A stretch of 63,355 nucleotides of DNA, filler included, from Piptocephalis cylindrospora (taxonomy: Eukaryota): NCBI GenBank assembly GCA_003614145.1. It is 27 parts of 27 records of this genome, joined end to end, with 100 filler letters (N's around TTAATTAATTAA, not from the genome) between each part and the next. Parts side by side here need not be neighbours in the genome. Positions count along the whole stretch, not along the records: positions 35,674 to 37,826 come from KZ989023.1; positions 37,927 to 40,182 come from KZ989024.1; positions 40,283 to 42,533 come from KZ989025.1; positions 42,634 to 44,883 come from KZ989026.1; positions 44,984 to 47,232 come from KZ989027.1; positions 47,333 to 49,469 come from KZ989028.1; 21 more parts are not named here. One strand, written 5' to 3'. Shown piece after piece: positions 36,558 through 49,469 of the stretch. The notes beneath the pieces are model-generated. The model was not told the origin of the DNA and ran no database searches. It worked only from the letters and a program-made list of their open reading frames with translations. Within the stretch, counting starts at the first letter, position 1, and every line of letters starts with the position of its first letter. The position numbers and the translations under genes are program-made.

Positions 36558-37826
36558 TTAATACTTAGTGGGCTTATCTGCATGACCAGAAGAAAGACCC
36601 CCTTCCTCCACTACGACGACTTGGTCCCCAGGATGATCGGGGCCCTCAGAGGAGTTGGAGGAGGCGGTGGAGGCCGAGGAAGTTATGGCCGGGGGAAGAA
36701 TGGGGTTGGAGAGGAGGGAGGAACCACCGAGGAGATCGGGGTCAAACACGGGCTCCACATGAATCTTCTTCCGCTTCTCATCAAAGTAGGCTCCTTCACA
36801 GGTCGCCTGGATGCCAAGGGCATTCAGGGCCTCTACTTCCTTCCCAGCCTGTGGGACCTCCTTGGCTCCTTCGAGATCCTTGGCAGGAGAGGGCTCGGAA
36901 GCCCCGACCTGACCAACATGAGTGGTCTGGGGAAGCCAGATCACCGGAGTGGGAACATGGAATTCTGGGGCCATATAGTACCCAGTTCCCCACTCACCTC
37001 TCATCCTGCCCAGACGGCCCTCATCCTCCTCTTCCTCTTCCTCATCCCCTCCATGACCGCCTGGACCCCGACCCATCCCGTCCGCCCCATCCAAGACACC
37101 ACGGGGACCCAGGCCGGTCTGATCAAGCCTGGAGGAATCGGGGATGGTGAGACGAGAGGGCATGACAGCACTGGGCCACCCAGACTCATCAGCCTCGGGC
37201 AATCCCATGCTCTTCTCCCCTACTCCCTCCCCCAGGCCCTCGGGACCAGAACCCCTGGGTTGGGTACCGGAGGGAAGGGAGACATGGGAGCCGCTAAGGG
37301 GGGTAGAGGCGTACACGGCGGCAACCTTACGCTGCATCCCTTCGGAAAATTCGGCGGGAAGATACCGGGTCACCTGACGGAAGGCCGCGTGGAGATACCG
37401 GTTAATCAGCATGGTCAGGAGGATGAGGATAATGGAAAGGACGATGAGAGCGACATCCTGTAGAGCGAGGAAGATGGCAAAGAGGACAAGCTCGGCAACG
37501 TATAGACCCACAAAAGTGTGATAAATGGCCACGGGGAAGGCCTGACCGCCAAGAGACTGACCCTTGGGCTGCTCCAAGCAATAGAGCATGCGATAGCGGT
37601 AGACCAGGCCAAAGATAAGGAAATAGGCAAAGACCAGGGGAAGCATGATGGGCTGAAGTACGGAGTAGATAAGGCCAATGGAGAAGACGATGACCTGCTG
37701 AGGAAACAGGGTACCCCAATTTAAACTACCCATACCTAGAATGGTCCGGACCTTCCGGGGGGTCTTTCCGAGGAAACGGAGCTTGACCCATTGGATGACG
37801 ATAGCGGGGCCCGAAAGTAGTTCCTT
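36558..37826 (-). CDS. OSCA/TMEM63 (Rsn1/Phm7/CSC1) ion channel family, C-terminal part
   Basis: KTPRK..WGTLFPQ..IGLIYSVLQPIMLP..YF..LVYRYRMLY..GGQAFP..GLYVAEL, and later PVIWLP. Confidence 0.9.
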   Translation of the reverse strand, partial: KELLSGPAIVIQWVKLRFLGKTPRKVRTILGMGSLNWGTLFPQQVIVFSIGLIYSVLQPIMLPLVFAYFLIFGLVYRYRMLYCLEQPKGQSLGGQAFPVAIYHTFVGLYVAELVLFAIFLALQDVALIVLSIILILLTMLINRYLHAAFRQVTRYLPAEFSEGMQRKVAAVYASTPLSGSHVSLPSGTQPRGSGPEGLGEGVGEKSMGLPEADESGWPSAVMPSRLTIPDSSRLDQTGLGPRGVLDGADGMGRGPGGHGGDEEEEEEDEGRLGRMRGEWGTGYYMAPEFHVPTPVIWLPQTTHVGQVGASEPSPAKDLEGAKEVPQAGKEVEALNALGIQATCEGAYFDEKRKKIHVEPVFDPDLLGGSSLLSNPILPPAITSSASTASSNSSEGPDHPGDQVVVVEEGGLSSGHADKPTKY

Positions 37827-37926
37827 NNNNNNNNNNNNNNNNNNNNNNNNNNNNNNNNNNNNNNNNNNNNTTAATTAATTAANNNNNNNNNNNNNNNNNN
37901 NNNNNNNNNNNNNNNNNNNNNNNNNN

Positions 37927-39320
<1,394 letters not shown>

Positions 39321-39878
39321 TCAGTCGGGCTTGCCGCGCTGCGGAGCAAGGATGACTAGCCAAGGGAGAGACCATGCATCCAGAGGAGGGAAAGTTCACT
39401 CAGACCCACCATGATAGGGGGCAAAGGACCTCTGGTGCAGACAAGGACAGCCTCACTGCATCTCACTTGACCCTTCCTGCTTGGGGCTTCAGATGGTGCC
39501 GTGTTCACCCTATTTGATTCTTCCTGTCCAGTCACCCCACCGCCCCAAGGTTGGCACATTGCGGAGGAATAAGGGGGGAAGTGGTGGCAAGTGACGGATT
39601 CCTCTCCCCTGTCACCATTTGACTTCTTCCTTTCTTCCTCCCCATCTTTGTATTGCGACCTCCGTTTGCTTCTTCATCCTTCAATCCACTTCACCCTCCT
39701 CTACATACCATTTGCTTCCTTTTCTGTGGTAGCGTTTGTTCTCCCGTTCTGCTCTGTTCTACTGCTTCCTTGTCCCGCTACTGCAGCCCATCCTTGCTGG
39801 TCATTCTTCAGTCCTCCCCATTGCTCTCCTTTAGCTTCAGCAGCAGTAGCAATAACAACAATAATAATAACAACGACG

Positions 39879-40142
39879 ATGGCAGAGAACCTAAAGCTGC
39901 GTGATCAGCTACGAGAGAGTCGCAAGGAAGTTGTTGGCCTCCGCCAAAAGATTCATCAGGTATGTGAGGTGTCATGCCCTGTTGTTTTTTTTAGTTTTAA
40001 AGCAATCTCTCATGGTCTTCCTCCCCCCAGTTGGAACGAGATGCCCTACATGACCGGGCTACGCGGAAGCTGGAATTGGCTGATTATGGCACTCAAGTAG
40101 CTTCCTTGGAGGTGGAGAAGCAACAAGTCATCAATCGTCTAG
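39879..40142 (+). CDS. Hypothetical coiled-coil protein, first two exons, 3' partial
   Basis: MAENLKLRDQLRESRKEVVGLRQKIHQ|LERDALHDRATRKLELADYGTQVASLEVEKQQVINRL|. GTATGT..CAG and GTAAGT splice sites keep the frame. Confidence 0.6.
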
Positions 40143-40525
40143 GTAAGTTTACTAGCCCCTCAAAGAAAAAGTGACACCTCATNNNNNNNNNNNNNNNNNN
40201 NNNNNNNNNNNNNNNNNNNNNNNNNNTTAATTAATTAANNNNNNNNNNNNNNNNNNNNNNNNNNNNNNNNNNNNNNNNNNNNCATTTTCCACCTCATCTC
40301 CGTCTCACGTCCCTCTCCATTTCCACTTATCTTCCCCTCCACTGACGTTTCCCTTCCCTTTCGCCTCATCACCTCGCTTTCCACCTCATCATCCTACCTT
40401 CCTCTCCATCTACATCTCTCTTTCTCTCGATTAGCGTCCCGAATTCCCGTCTTCCCGAACATTGCTCTCATCGTTCCCTCTTCTCTCCAATACGGTTCTC
40501 TTAGATTGAAGAACCCACATTTTCC

Positions 40526-41924
40526 AAGGTTGGGCATGCGCTCCTAACTTTTGCTTCCCTGCTTTCCATCTTTTCACCCCATGTCTACGGAATTGGTGGT
40601 GTTAAAATCGCTCCCCTGGACACTAGCAAGGTCATGTCCCAGCAACTCAGCCAGCCATTGCGGTTTCAAGATCTCAAATGCTCCTCCTACCTTCCTTCTC
40701 TCCAAGACTACGGCATGCCTGCCAAACCCCTTCTCCCGGACCCGAAGCTCTTTGAAGGCTACAGCAAGGCCAAATTGCGCGCATGGTCCAAATGCTCGCG
40801 TTATATCGTCAGAAACCTAATGCCCTCCGGTGGTCTTCGACGTTTCTTCTATTTTGGGTACAAAAAAAAGCCGTCTACGTCGCCCCATACCTCAGAAAAG
40901 CTCTGCCAAAGGGACGGGAAATGGTCTCTTTCTTCCCTATAAAATCCAAGATGTCCTCGGTTCTGGCGCTTTCGGCCAAGTATATTATGGAGAATGGACC
41001 GGATACGGAGGCGCGGATTCAACGCCAATTCCTGTCGCCATCAAGAAAGTGCCAAAGTTCCGAGGAAAGGATATCCCTTATTCGACCAAGAAACTAGCCC
41101 AAATGTTTTATCGTGAGGTCACCACCACGATTGCTGCCTATTCTGTTGCGCCTTTTGGGGTCATCCAACCCTTGGATCTCCACCTGGACGAGCATGGCCA
41201 TTGGTTTTTTATTCTGGAAAAGGCCCAAGGGAACCCCCTCGCTTTACGTAACGACAAAGTTTCTCTCAATAAGTTTCATAGCGTGGAAACAATACCTGGT
41301 CAACCTATTCCCGAGGCTATAGTTAGGGCAATCTACGCTCAGCTCATCAGAGCCCTCGCTCTTCTCAACAAGGCCCATATCATCCATTGGGATGTCAAGG
41401 ACGAAAACATGCTCTATTCCTGTTCCGGCGGGTCCTGTAATGTCAAGCTTATTGACTTTGCGGGTTCGACGCGGGTGAAATCTTGGCTGCTCTTTCGCAG
41501 TCATAGTTATACCCCCGCGGTGTTTCCTTACTGCGTTCTAACTTATACATGCCCGACCTCAAAGTATATGAGGGGTATAGATGTCTATACCGTGATAGCA
41601 TCTATCCACCGTGCCCTTTCATTCCCTATAGCACAATTCCAGCAAGTTGATGGGTCTAAGAGGGCTACACTTCCTAAGACTAAAGCCGAGACGGATCTCC
41701 TATCCCACTACATCCAGAGGGATTGGACTGAGGGTGCCTTTCGGATTCGTCCCATTTCCAAGCAGCTTCAGCATCTCTTCGAGGCTATCCTCCCCAAACA
41801 TGCCTGGATGGACCACCCCACGACATTTTCTGAAATCGCTCGTGATATTCATAACTGGTTCACGGCACCTCTAGAGGGAATGAGGGATTTCTCAGAGAGT
41901 AGGCGTAAGCGTCAACTCTCCTAG
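40526..41924 (+). CDS. Divergent intronless Ser/Thr kinase (CAMK/Pim-like, non-RD) with a probable N-terminal signal peptide in another frame
   Basis: LGSGAFGQVY, VAIKK, alphaC E (FYRE), HWDVKDENML, KLIDFAG, no canonical APE. The upstream frame (VGHALLTFASLLSIFSPHVYG..) joins it if the A8 run at 40862-40869 loses one A. Confidence 0.78.
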
Positions 41925-44900
41925 CATTTGTCGTTTTGTCAAGGATAATCACTTTTGAATAAATTTGACCAAGTTTTTTATGTGATTGTACGCTTTTATT
42001 TCTTATGAGAAGTAATGATCATTTGGCCTCCTCATCATCGGCGACACAACTAGTATATCAGATATTCTAGATATACTATCCATCAATGCTGTTCCACACA
42101 GACTGTCACTCTCTGGGCGTCAAAGTAGCTGATGATCAACATGGTTGGGGTTTTAGGATTGCATTTTAAACGAATTATGATGTCTAAAGGTACAGTCCTG
42201 TTCTTTCTGATCATACTGTCGTGTAGTGATGATCAAATGTGCAGGAAATGACACTGAGTAGAAGTCTGAACAGGGTTCAGTGTGATAAGAGAAGCACACC
42301 AAGGATGGAGCCACTGATGCTATCAAGATTATCACATTGATATATCAAACTAGTGATCATTGATTGACTTCCAGATGACAAAGGTAGAAGCTAGATGGTC
42401 GTTGAGATGAAGGGGATAAGGAGCTTAATGGATTAAGGGGATGAAGTGGTTTGAGAAGAGTATAAATACTCGGGGTTTTGTCGAAGCAAGAATATGGAGA
42501 GATATCGAAGTATGACAAGTGTGCCGAGTGTGANNNNNNNNNNNNNNNNNNNNNNNNNNNNNNNNNNNNNNNNNNNNTTAATTAATTAANNNNNNNNNNN
42601 NNNNNNNNNNNNNNNNNNNNNNNNNNNNNNNNNGGGGGAGAGGGGGTGGGGAGGGTGGGGGGGGTGTGGTTGGGGGGGGGAAGGGGGGGGGGGGGGGGGG
42701 GGGGGGGGGGTGACCGGGATCATCGACCGGGTCACAGGTGCACCGGGTTGACATGATGGCCCGAGGTCGTAGGGTCACAGACCGTTTACAATGTCCCCGT
42801 CTCCCGCATCCCTATCCATCTGTAGGTTGTGAGAACGAGAGGGCTCCATCTATATCGAGATAGCTTTTAGTCATGATGGTCTGTTTGTCCTGCATGAGGA
42901 TGATGCGTATGGATGAAAAGGTAATTACTATTGAAGGGGATATCCCCTTTTTATCAACGTACTCATGCCACTCTCCATTGAAGCTCTCTCAGTTCCTCCC
43001 ATGATGATCATGCAATATCTAATAATGTCGGACAAGAAGGAATTCCTTGGCATTCTAGAGTAAACAATGGTATCCACCGGAGAGATATAGGATTCCTATG
43101 TCTAATCTTTTTTTACTTACTATACCCCCTTTCTTTCACATCCTTAGAAGTGATTGTGTGTGCATGCCGGATCTATATCCTACCTATCGATAGGCCTCAG
43201 GATCTCCGGCTCGTCACCTGACTTGTTCGGCCCGTCCCAACTAGCTGGATGAGAGAGGGAGAGTTCAATGGGGACCGGGAAACCTTTTTATCGTGGAGGG
43301 AATTATCATGTGGATGGGGGATGGAGAGTGGCCGGGGCAACGGGGAGGGTGACAGAGAGGGAAATTGGGGTATGGCCAATGGCGTGTCCCTCCAAAATCG
43401 GCCAAACCCCGACGGACCGGCCGTTCAAATCACCGTCCCTTCCACCGCCCTTTTTGGGTCAGGGTAAGTAGAGGTGAATGCATGTGTGGTGGGGGAGAGC
43501 GTCACTTCCCGTGTTGTTACACCTCATCCTTCCCAACCTCGTGCCAGTCTCCGACTTTCCCACTCCGATGGTCCTCACCCAGCCCCGCCCCATGTCCACC
43601 TCCCATGATCTTCTTGACCCAGAAGGTAGAGATCAGCGGATTGGTAGATGGAGCCGTCCTGGACGTTGAGACCTCTTGTCCTCCAAACCCTTTGGCTGTT
43701 GGTCCCTCTTGTAGCTATCCCACTTCCATGCCTGGAAGGATTTGACGATGGATGGCATCCTAGTAGTCGTAGCAGTGCTTTGAGAAACCTTCATAACTAC
43801 CCACGTATTTGCCCCCTCCCCCTTCCCTTTCCCTTCCCCCCTCCCTCTTCACCTTCTCCCACCTACCTACCGCTCTTTAAGCTACTTTGCTATTACTCAC
43901 TTTTTCCTCTTTCACACTCTCTTGTTTTCTTCTCCCACTACGGATCATTCTTGTTCCATTAACGCCTAAAGAAAAAAACTCTACGCCCGCTTTACTCACG
44001 TCCCCTCCTCTCCCCCTTCCCCTCATCGTCTGGCTAACCCTATTCTTGGTCGTCCATTGCGAATACCACCATCGTCTCCCTCTTGTTCACATCCCCTTGG
44101 TACATTGAAACCCCCCTCACCCATCCCCGTGTCCACCCAACCCAACGCAAAGAGACGCACGTCCCACTTGGTCCTTTTTCTTTTAACGCTCTTTCGTCTG
44201 AGACTGCCCCATCCCAAAACCCCCTTCCCTCGTCAACCCCTGCGCCCCTTATCCCCTCCCCCGATTATCTGCACAGCAAGCCCTTCTTGCCTCAGCAGTT
44301 GCGTATTTCCACCCCTCCCCCTCCCTATCTTTCCTCTTTCCTCACCCTCTCTTCTCGAGCTCCACTTTTGTCTGTTCCTTTTGTGTCGATTCCCCCTGCC
44401 CTCCCTTCCCTCTTCCCTTTCCTCTTCTCCCCCTTTTTTGTGTCACCTTATCTTCTCCTCCTACTCCATTCCCCCTTTTTTCCTTCTGGAGTAACGCCAC
44501 CTAGCACCTGTCAATCCCCTCATCCTACTCCCTTGTGATCCACCTTTCTCGGTTGATTGACTCCCCTCTTGCCTTACTCCAATTTCTCTACTGGTAAGTC
44601 CTACATTCTCCTCATTTCAAATGTTCATCTGTGCATGCTGCCTCTCCCTGTCTCTGCCATTTTTATCGTTGAGATGATGATAAGGATCGTCGGGGTTTTT
44701 TTTGTCGTTGTACATCTAGTCCCTTCCCCGCTGCCACATCATCCCTCCATCTCAGAAGTGTGAGGATGGGGATGATGGGGATAGGATGGTAAACGACAGC
44801 CCCTCCCATCCTACCCTATTCCTCCCTGGGACCCCGCGCCTCTGAGACACATTTCAATTTCCTTATTATTATATGTGTGTGTGNNNNNNNNNNNNNNNNN

Positions 44901-44983
44901 NNNNNNNNNNNNNNNNNNNNNNNNNNNTTAATTAATTAANNNNNNNNNNNNNNNNNNNNNNNNNNNNNNNNNNNNNNNNNNNN

Positions 44984-45160
44984 GATAAACCCTTTATATT
45001 TTCCCTCAGTGGGGTAGGCTGCTAGGCATCCGAACACATAACCCGCCCAAATAGGCCAGCATGCGTGGTACCAGGGACTATGTCCCCGACGTGTGTCCTT
45101 GTATTCGGATGTCTTTAGCGCTTACCCCACTGGGGAAAATAAAATGGTTTCAACAATAGC
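44984..45160. mobile_element. Two divergent (head-to-head) copies of the LINE-tail repeat
   Basis: 44984-45060 on minus reads GGCGGGTTATGTGTTCGGATGCC..CTACCCCACTGAGGGAAAAT. 45102-45160 on plus reads TTCGGATGTCTTTAGCGCTTACCCCACTGGGGAAAATAAAATGGTTTCAACAA. Confidence 0.8.
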
Positions 45161-45683
45161 AAACGGGAGGAAATGTACAAATTATCGATTGAGCCACTCG
45201 GAAATACTCAAAATCGTATGGAGGAGAGAAGTGTTATTTTTTATGCATCGTACACAAGAGAGACGCCATGTCTCTACCAAGTAGAATTTACATGTCATTA
45301 TGGAAACCCTAGAGCACATGGACATGAAGCATAGCGATGAATAGATTGCCGATTAGGATGGCTTCTATTCCATGAAAAAGGCCATCTCCAATTAATGCCC
45401 ATTTGCCTACTCCACTAGGGGAAATGAAATGATTTTATCATCATCAAAGGTTATCTCCAATTGAATAGGCCATTCACCCCGTCATCCATACCGCGCCCAA
45501 GTGCTCATGACTCAATGGTGTCAGGGCCGACTCAGCCCTAGTCATGATCATCACAAGCGTGTGCCCTACTCTAAGATTTGGAAGAGTGTAAGTATAAGAG
45601 GAATCCGTGAGCTCTACTGGCGTCCAAACATACTCCAAGGCTCCTTCATTCCTTCCCTTTTCTCCCCTGCTAGATCTTCCCTC

Positions 45684-47153
45684 ATGCCTCCTTCCTTCTC
45701 CTCTTTTCCGTTGGCTGACCTGGTCACTTGGCACTTGCGCGGTCCCTCTGCCATGGGGCCCGCTACTTCTGGGTCCAAGGGCAAGGGTAAAGGCAAGCGA
45801 CGTGAAGTCGTCCAGGACTGGTCCGAGTCCGATATGATCCTTGGTCAAAGTAGCTTTCGGGATGCTCAAGAAGCCCTTTCCTCCCGGGATCTGACCTTGG
45901 CAGCCTTGTGTCGTAAAAGACTGGAAGGGTAAGGAGGAAGAACGATTAATTGTTTTCTTCATGGGAAAGCGTCATGTGGTCTATTACTCACCTTCCGTGC
46001 TCATTATACAGACCAGCATTAAATGATCCAATCGTGGGACAAGAGCAAAACTCACCGGATCTCCATGCTATTCTTCCCCCCGAAGATCCATTTTACTTTT
46101 CCTTACTGGATCAACAAGTTCCTCTCAATGCATCCCAATATCCTTCTGTATCCTCCGAGACCTCCATTTCGGATCCTGTCCGTTTCGATCGAGAGTGGTT
46201 CTTGGGGTAAGTGGGGTATTTGGGGATGAATGGACTACTCCTTACATCTCACTCTCTTCCTTCTCAACAGGAAGTGTCAGGCTCACATCGATACCTTTTC
46301 CTCTTCGGACGACTCCATGTCCCTTTCCCGTCTTTCCACTCACCTCCTTACCCTACTCCGCTCCTCTCGCTCAGGTAAGACTTATCCTCCCTTATCCACA
46401 CACCACATTATCCTCATGGCCCCATCTCCCATTTTCACTTAGATGAGGATATTCAAAATGAGTTGGTCGATCTACTCGGCTATGACTTTGATCTACTTTC
46501 TCTCTTGCTTGTTCATCGTTCTGAGCTTCTTTCCAACTTGTCCGAGAAGGTAGCATTTTATCTTGATTATTCCGACACACTGGATCAATGCCCTTTTCCT
46601 TGTATACTCACCCTACTTACCTCTACCCTCTATCAAAGGATTCTCTCGATTCTCTCTTTACCCAAGAGCCCATCATTAGTACTCCGAAAAGGACGGACTC
46701 CCCCGCAAGACATAGAACTGACCCTACAACCCAGCAACATATGGGTAATTTGATTATCTCTTCTAAATCGCAAAAGGATTCGGAGAAAGCTCTTAGGAAG
46801 GAGAAGAAGAGATTGCACCAAGCCAGAGCCTCTACCCGGACAGGTGGGTGTATCCTGATGATACTCTTTCCCCCTCCCCTCTTTTGGCTCATTTTTCCAT
46901 CCCCCCCAGAGCTAGATGAGGAGGAAAGTATACGTCTCCTCCAACTGGATCCATCAGAGCTACGGAGAGCCCGAGAAGAGCAATTGCAAATGGCCTCCAA
47001 TGCCCCATTAGCCTCTTCTTCCGTTCCTCTTTTGCCCGATCAACCCCACTATCCCCATGTGTATTCATCAACGAGGGGGAACACCGGCGGCCCCATTTCC
47101 TCCTTTGCCTCTCAATACATCCTACCCGTTGGTACAGAACGGATGGATGAACG
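45684..47153 (+). CDS. SLH1: Ski2-like helicase Slh1/ASCC3, N-terminal (PWI-like) region, multi-exon, 3' partial
   Basis: DEDIQNELVDLLGYD..LLVHRSEL, SQKDSEKALRKEKKR, LDPSELRRAREEQL, HYPHVY and YILPVGTER are colinear with the ASCC3/Slh1 N-terminus. The helicase core lies off the contig. Confidence 0.8.
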
Positions 47154-47332
47154 GGTAAGCTTGTCCTCTTTCTCTCCTAAAAGGGATTATTCTTCCCTCC
47201 AGATTCTCCATTCATCCACTTTCCTAGGACCANNNNNNNNNNNNNNNNNNNNNNNNNNNNNNNNNNNNNNNNNNNNTTAATTAATTAANNNNNNNNNNNN
47301 NNNNNNNNNNNNNNNNNNNNNNNNNNNNNNNN

Positions 47333-48005
47333 AGGATGGCATGGGAAGGGGTAGCATCGGCAAGGTCCCGGAAGACGCGGAGCTTTAACTCAACATCCTC
47401 ACTAATGGCCTCGATGACTATGTCAGACTCTTTGAAGTCCGTTACCCCACCCGAGCTGGGCCGGATCAACTGACGGATGGAGGAGGCATCCGTCTTCGTC
47501 AATCTTTCCTTACTGACATCCTTAGCCAGGAGCTTGTCTATGGTTGTGAGGTGAGAGGATGATAAGTTGTGGCTTTTAGGATCTTATCCAGTACGTCTTA
47601 CCCATAAAGGCCATGCCCTTCTCCAATTGCTTTTCCGACACATCCACCAAAGTGACGGGGAGCTTGGCATATCGGGCAGCAACGAGAGCAATACCTACAC
47701 CCATTTGCCCAGCTCCTAGGACACCCACTTGACGGATGGGTGCAAGAGGGGAAGCCTAAGGGAAGGAGAGATGAACGCTGAGCTGGGCTTATTGGGGAGC
47801 TCCCATTCCCTTTATCATTATTGTCATTACGTACCGAATAAGTCCGAGAGAGGTGTCTGGACAGTGCAATGGTATCCCTAGGGGAATTCTTTCAAGTTGT
47901 ATGGGTAGAGGGAGTAAGTGGGGGGCTGGTAGCTGAGTGGTTGCAGCCTGGCATGACCAAAGCTCATATTCTAACCTAACCTACCTTGGCAAGAGTGCGC
48001 AACAT
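47333..48005 (-). CDS. Mitochondrial 3-hydroxybutyryl/3-hydroxyacyl-CoA dehydrogenase, 3' partial
   Basis: Presequence start MLRTLAK, Rossmann motif VGVLGAGQMGVGIALVAA, and DIVIEAISEDVELKLRVF. Confidence 0.9.
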
Positions 48006-48516
48006 GTCAACAGCGTAGGGCCACAAGTAAAGCTTGGGTTGATAGGATGGGGGGAGAGGAGGAGGGGTAAGTTACCAACGCAGTATCAAATGTGGGGTAA
48101 GGACAGGAGGTAAGGAGAGCCAGACGGGGTGGGAACGTGTCGACGATGAAGGTTCGACCATCCTTTTATACCGCGCCGCTGTCACCCTCCCCAGGTTGGA
48201 ATAGTGTGGGAAAGTAGGGGAAGGGGGTGCGCTTTTCGGCGATTGCCTACCCGGAGTTGGCCTAGCAGGGGGTGCTAGCCCTGCACCCAAGAACCAAGCA
48301 CGGCTTAAGCCTAGTCAGATCCATCTGACCGGTCGTGCTTTATGGCTCCAGTTCAACTGCGCCACAGTGCTTACCCTCTCCGACCCTGGCCGAGATCTTT
48401 GCCCATCCTATCCTCGGGTGTGACGACTTGAACTGATATCAAAATCATGGCTATGACCTACTAGCTCTTCCTTGACTTTTCTCGCCCTTCTCCATCCGTC
48501 CAACTCGCTGTCTCTC

Positions 48517-49469
48517 ATGTCCACTGTTGTTCGTTCTCTCCGTTATATGGCCTTGCGTGGGCCACTTCTTTGCCCTGCGCCAGGAAGAGGACGTGTCCTC
48601 TCCTTCTCGCATATGCCCCATTCCACCTACTCAACTGGCTCGATAGCTCAAGTGACACGCGTTCCTGGACGAGGGGTAGTTGGTCTCACCGGCCCGGACG
48701 CGATCAAGTTCCTTCAAGGCCTAGTCGCGAGCAATGTGGAACCTGTTGGATCTGGAGAGGTTTCGGGCACCTACAGCACTTTTCTTACCCCACAGGGCCG
48801 CGTTGAGCGGGAAGCCTTCATCTTTCATTATCTTCCAGACCAACTGGGGGAGGGGCCCAAGGAAGCTGGGTTCCTGCTAGATCTTCCCCAGGATGGGGTA
48901 GTGCCTATCATGGCCTTGATGAACAAATATCGTCTACGGAGTAAGGTGGCCATTCAGGATCTTTCCTCAGTCTTTACTATATGGTCCCGGTGGTCCACTT
49001 CTCCTGGCCCCTCCTCCTCCGCCGCTCCCTTTCTGCACACTCCTCATCTTTCCCTGTTGGATCCCCGAGCCCCCGATATGGGGTATCGTCTCCTTCTCCC
49101 CTCCGCTACTGATTCACCATGGACAGATGGAGTAGAGGAGGTGTCTGGATCAGCGTATGTCGTTCGACGAATCCTTCGAGGCGTATGTGAGGGCTCCACC
49201 GACATCTGGTCCGGGATTTCCTTACCCTTTGACGTCAATATGGACTATTCACATGCAGGTAAGATGAGCTTGGGGCGTAGATCAGAGAACGGATGAGTCA
49301 CTGACTGATCACGCCCTTTTGGGGGGGGATGGATAATAGTGGATTACCGAAAGGGATGTTACGTTGGTCAGGAACTGGTATCACGCACGCACCATACTGG
49401 GGTAATCCGTAAGCGCATGGTGCCAGTTCAGCTCATCCCATCTTCTGCCGATCCCGTACCGTATGACCC
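48517..49469 (+). CDS. IBA57: Mitochondrial Fe-S assembly factor Iba57/Caf17 (YgfZ family), 3' partial
   Basis: [37 protein letters not shown], and the signature [22 protein letters not shown] after the intron. Confidence 0.96.

Noticed and set aside
42634..42712. Poly-G tract (also poly-C at about 4557-4635 and 56604-56623) as a telomere or functional G-quadruplex
   Set aside because: There is no regular telomeric unit. The tracts lie near contig ends, where low-quality homopolymer sequence is expected.
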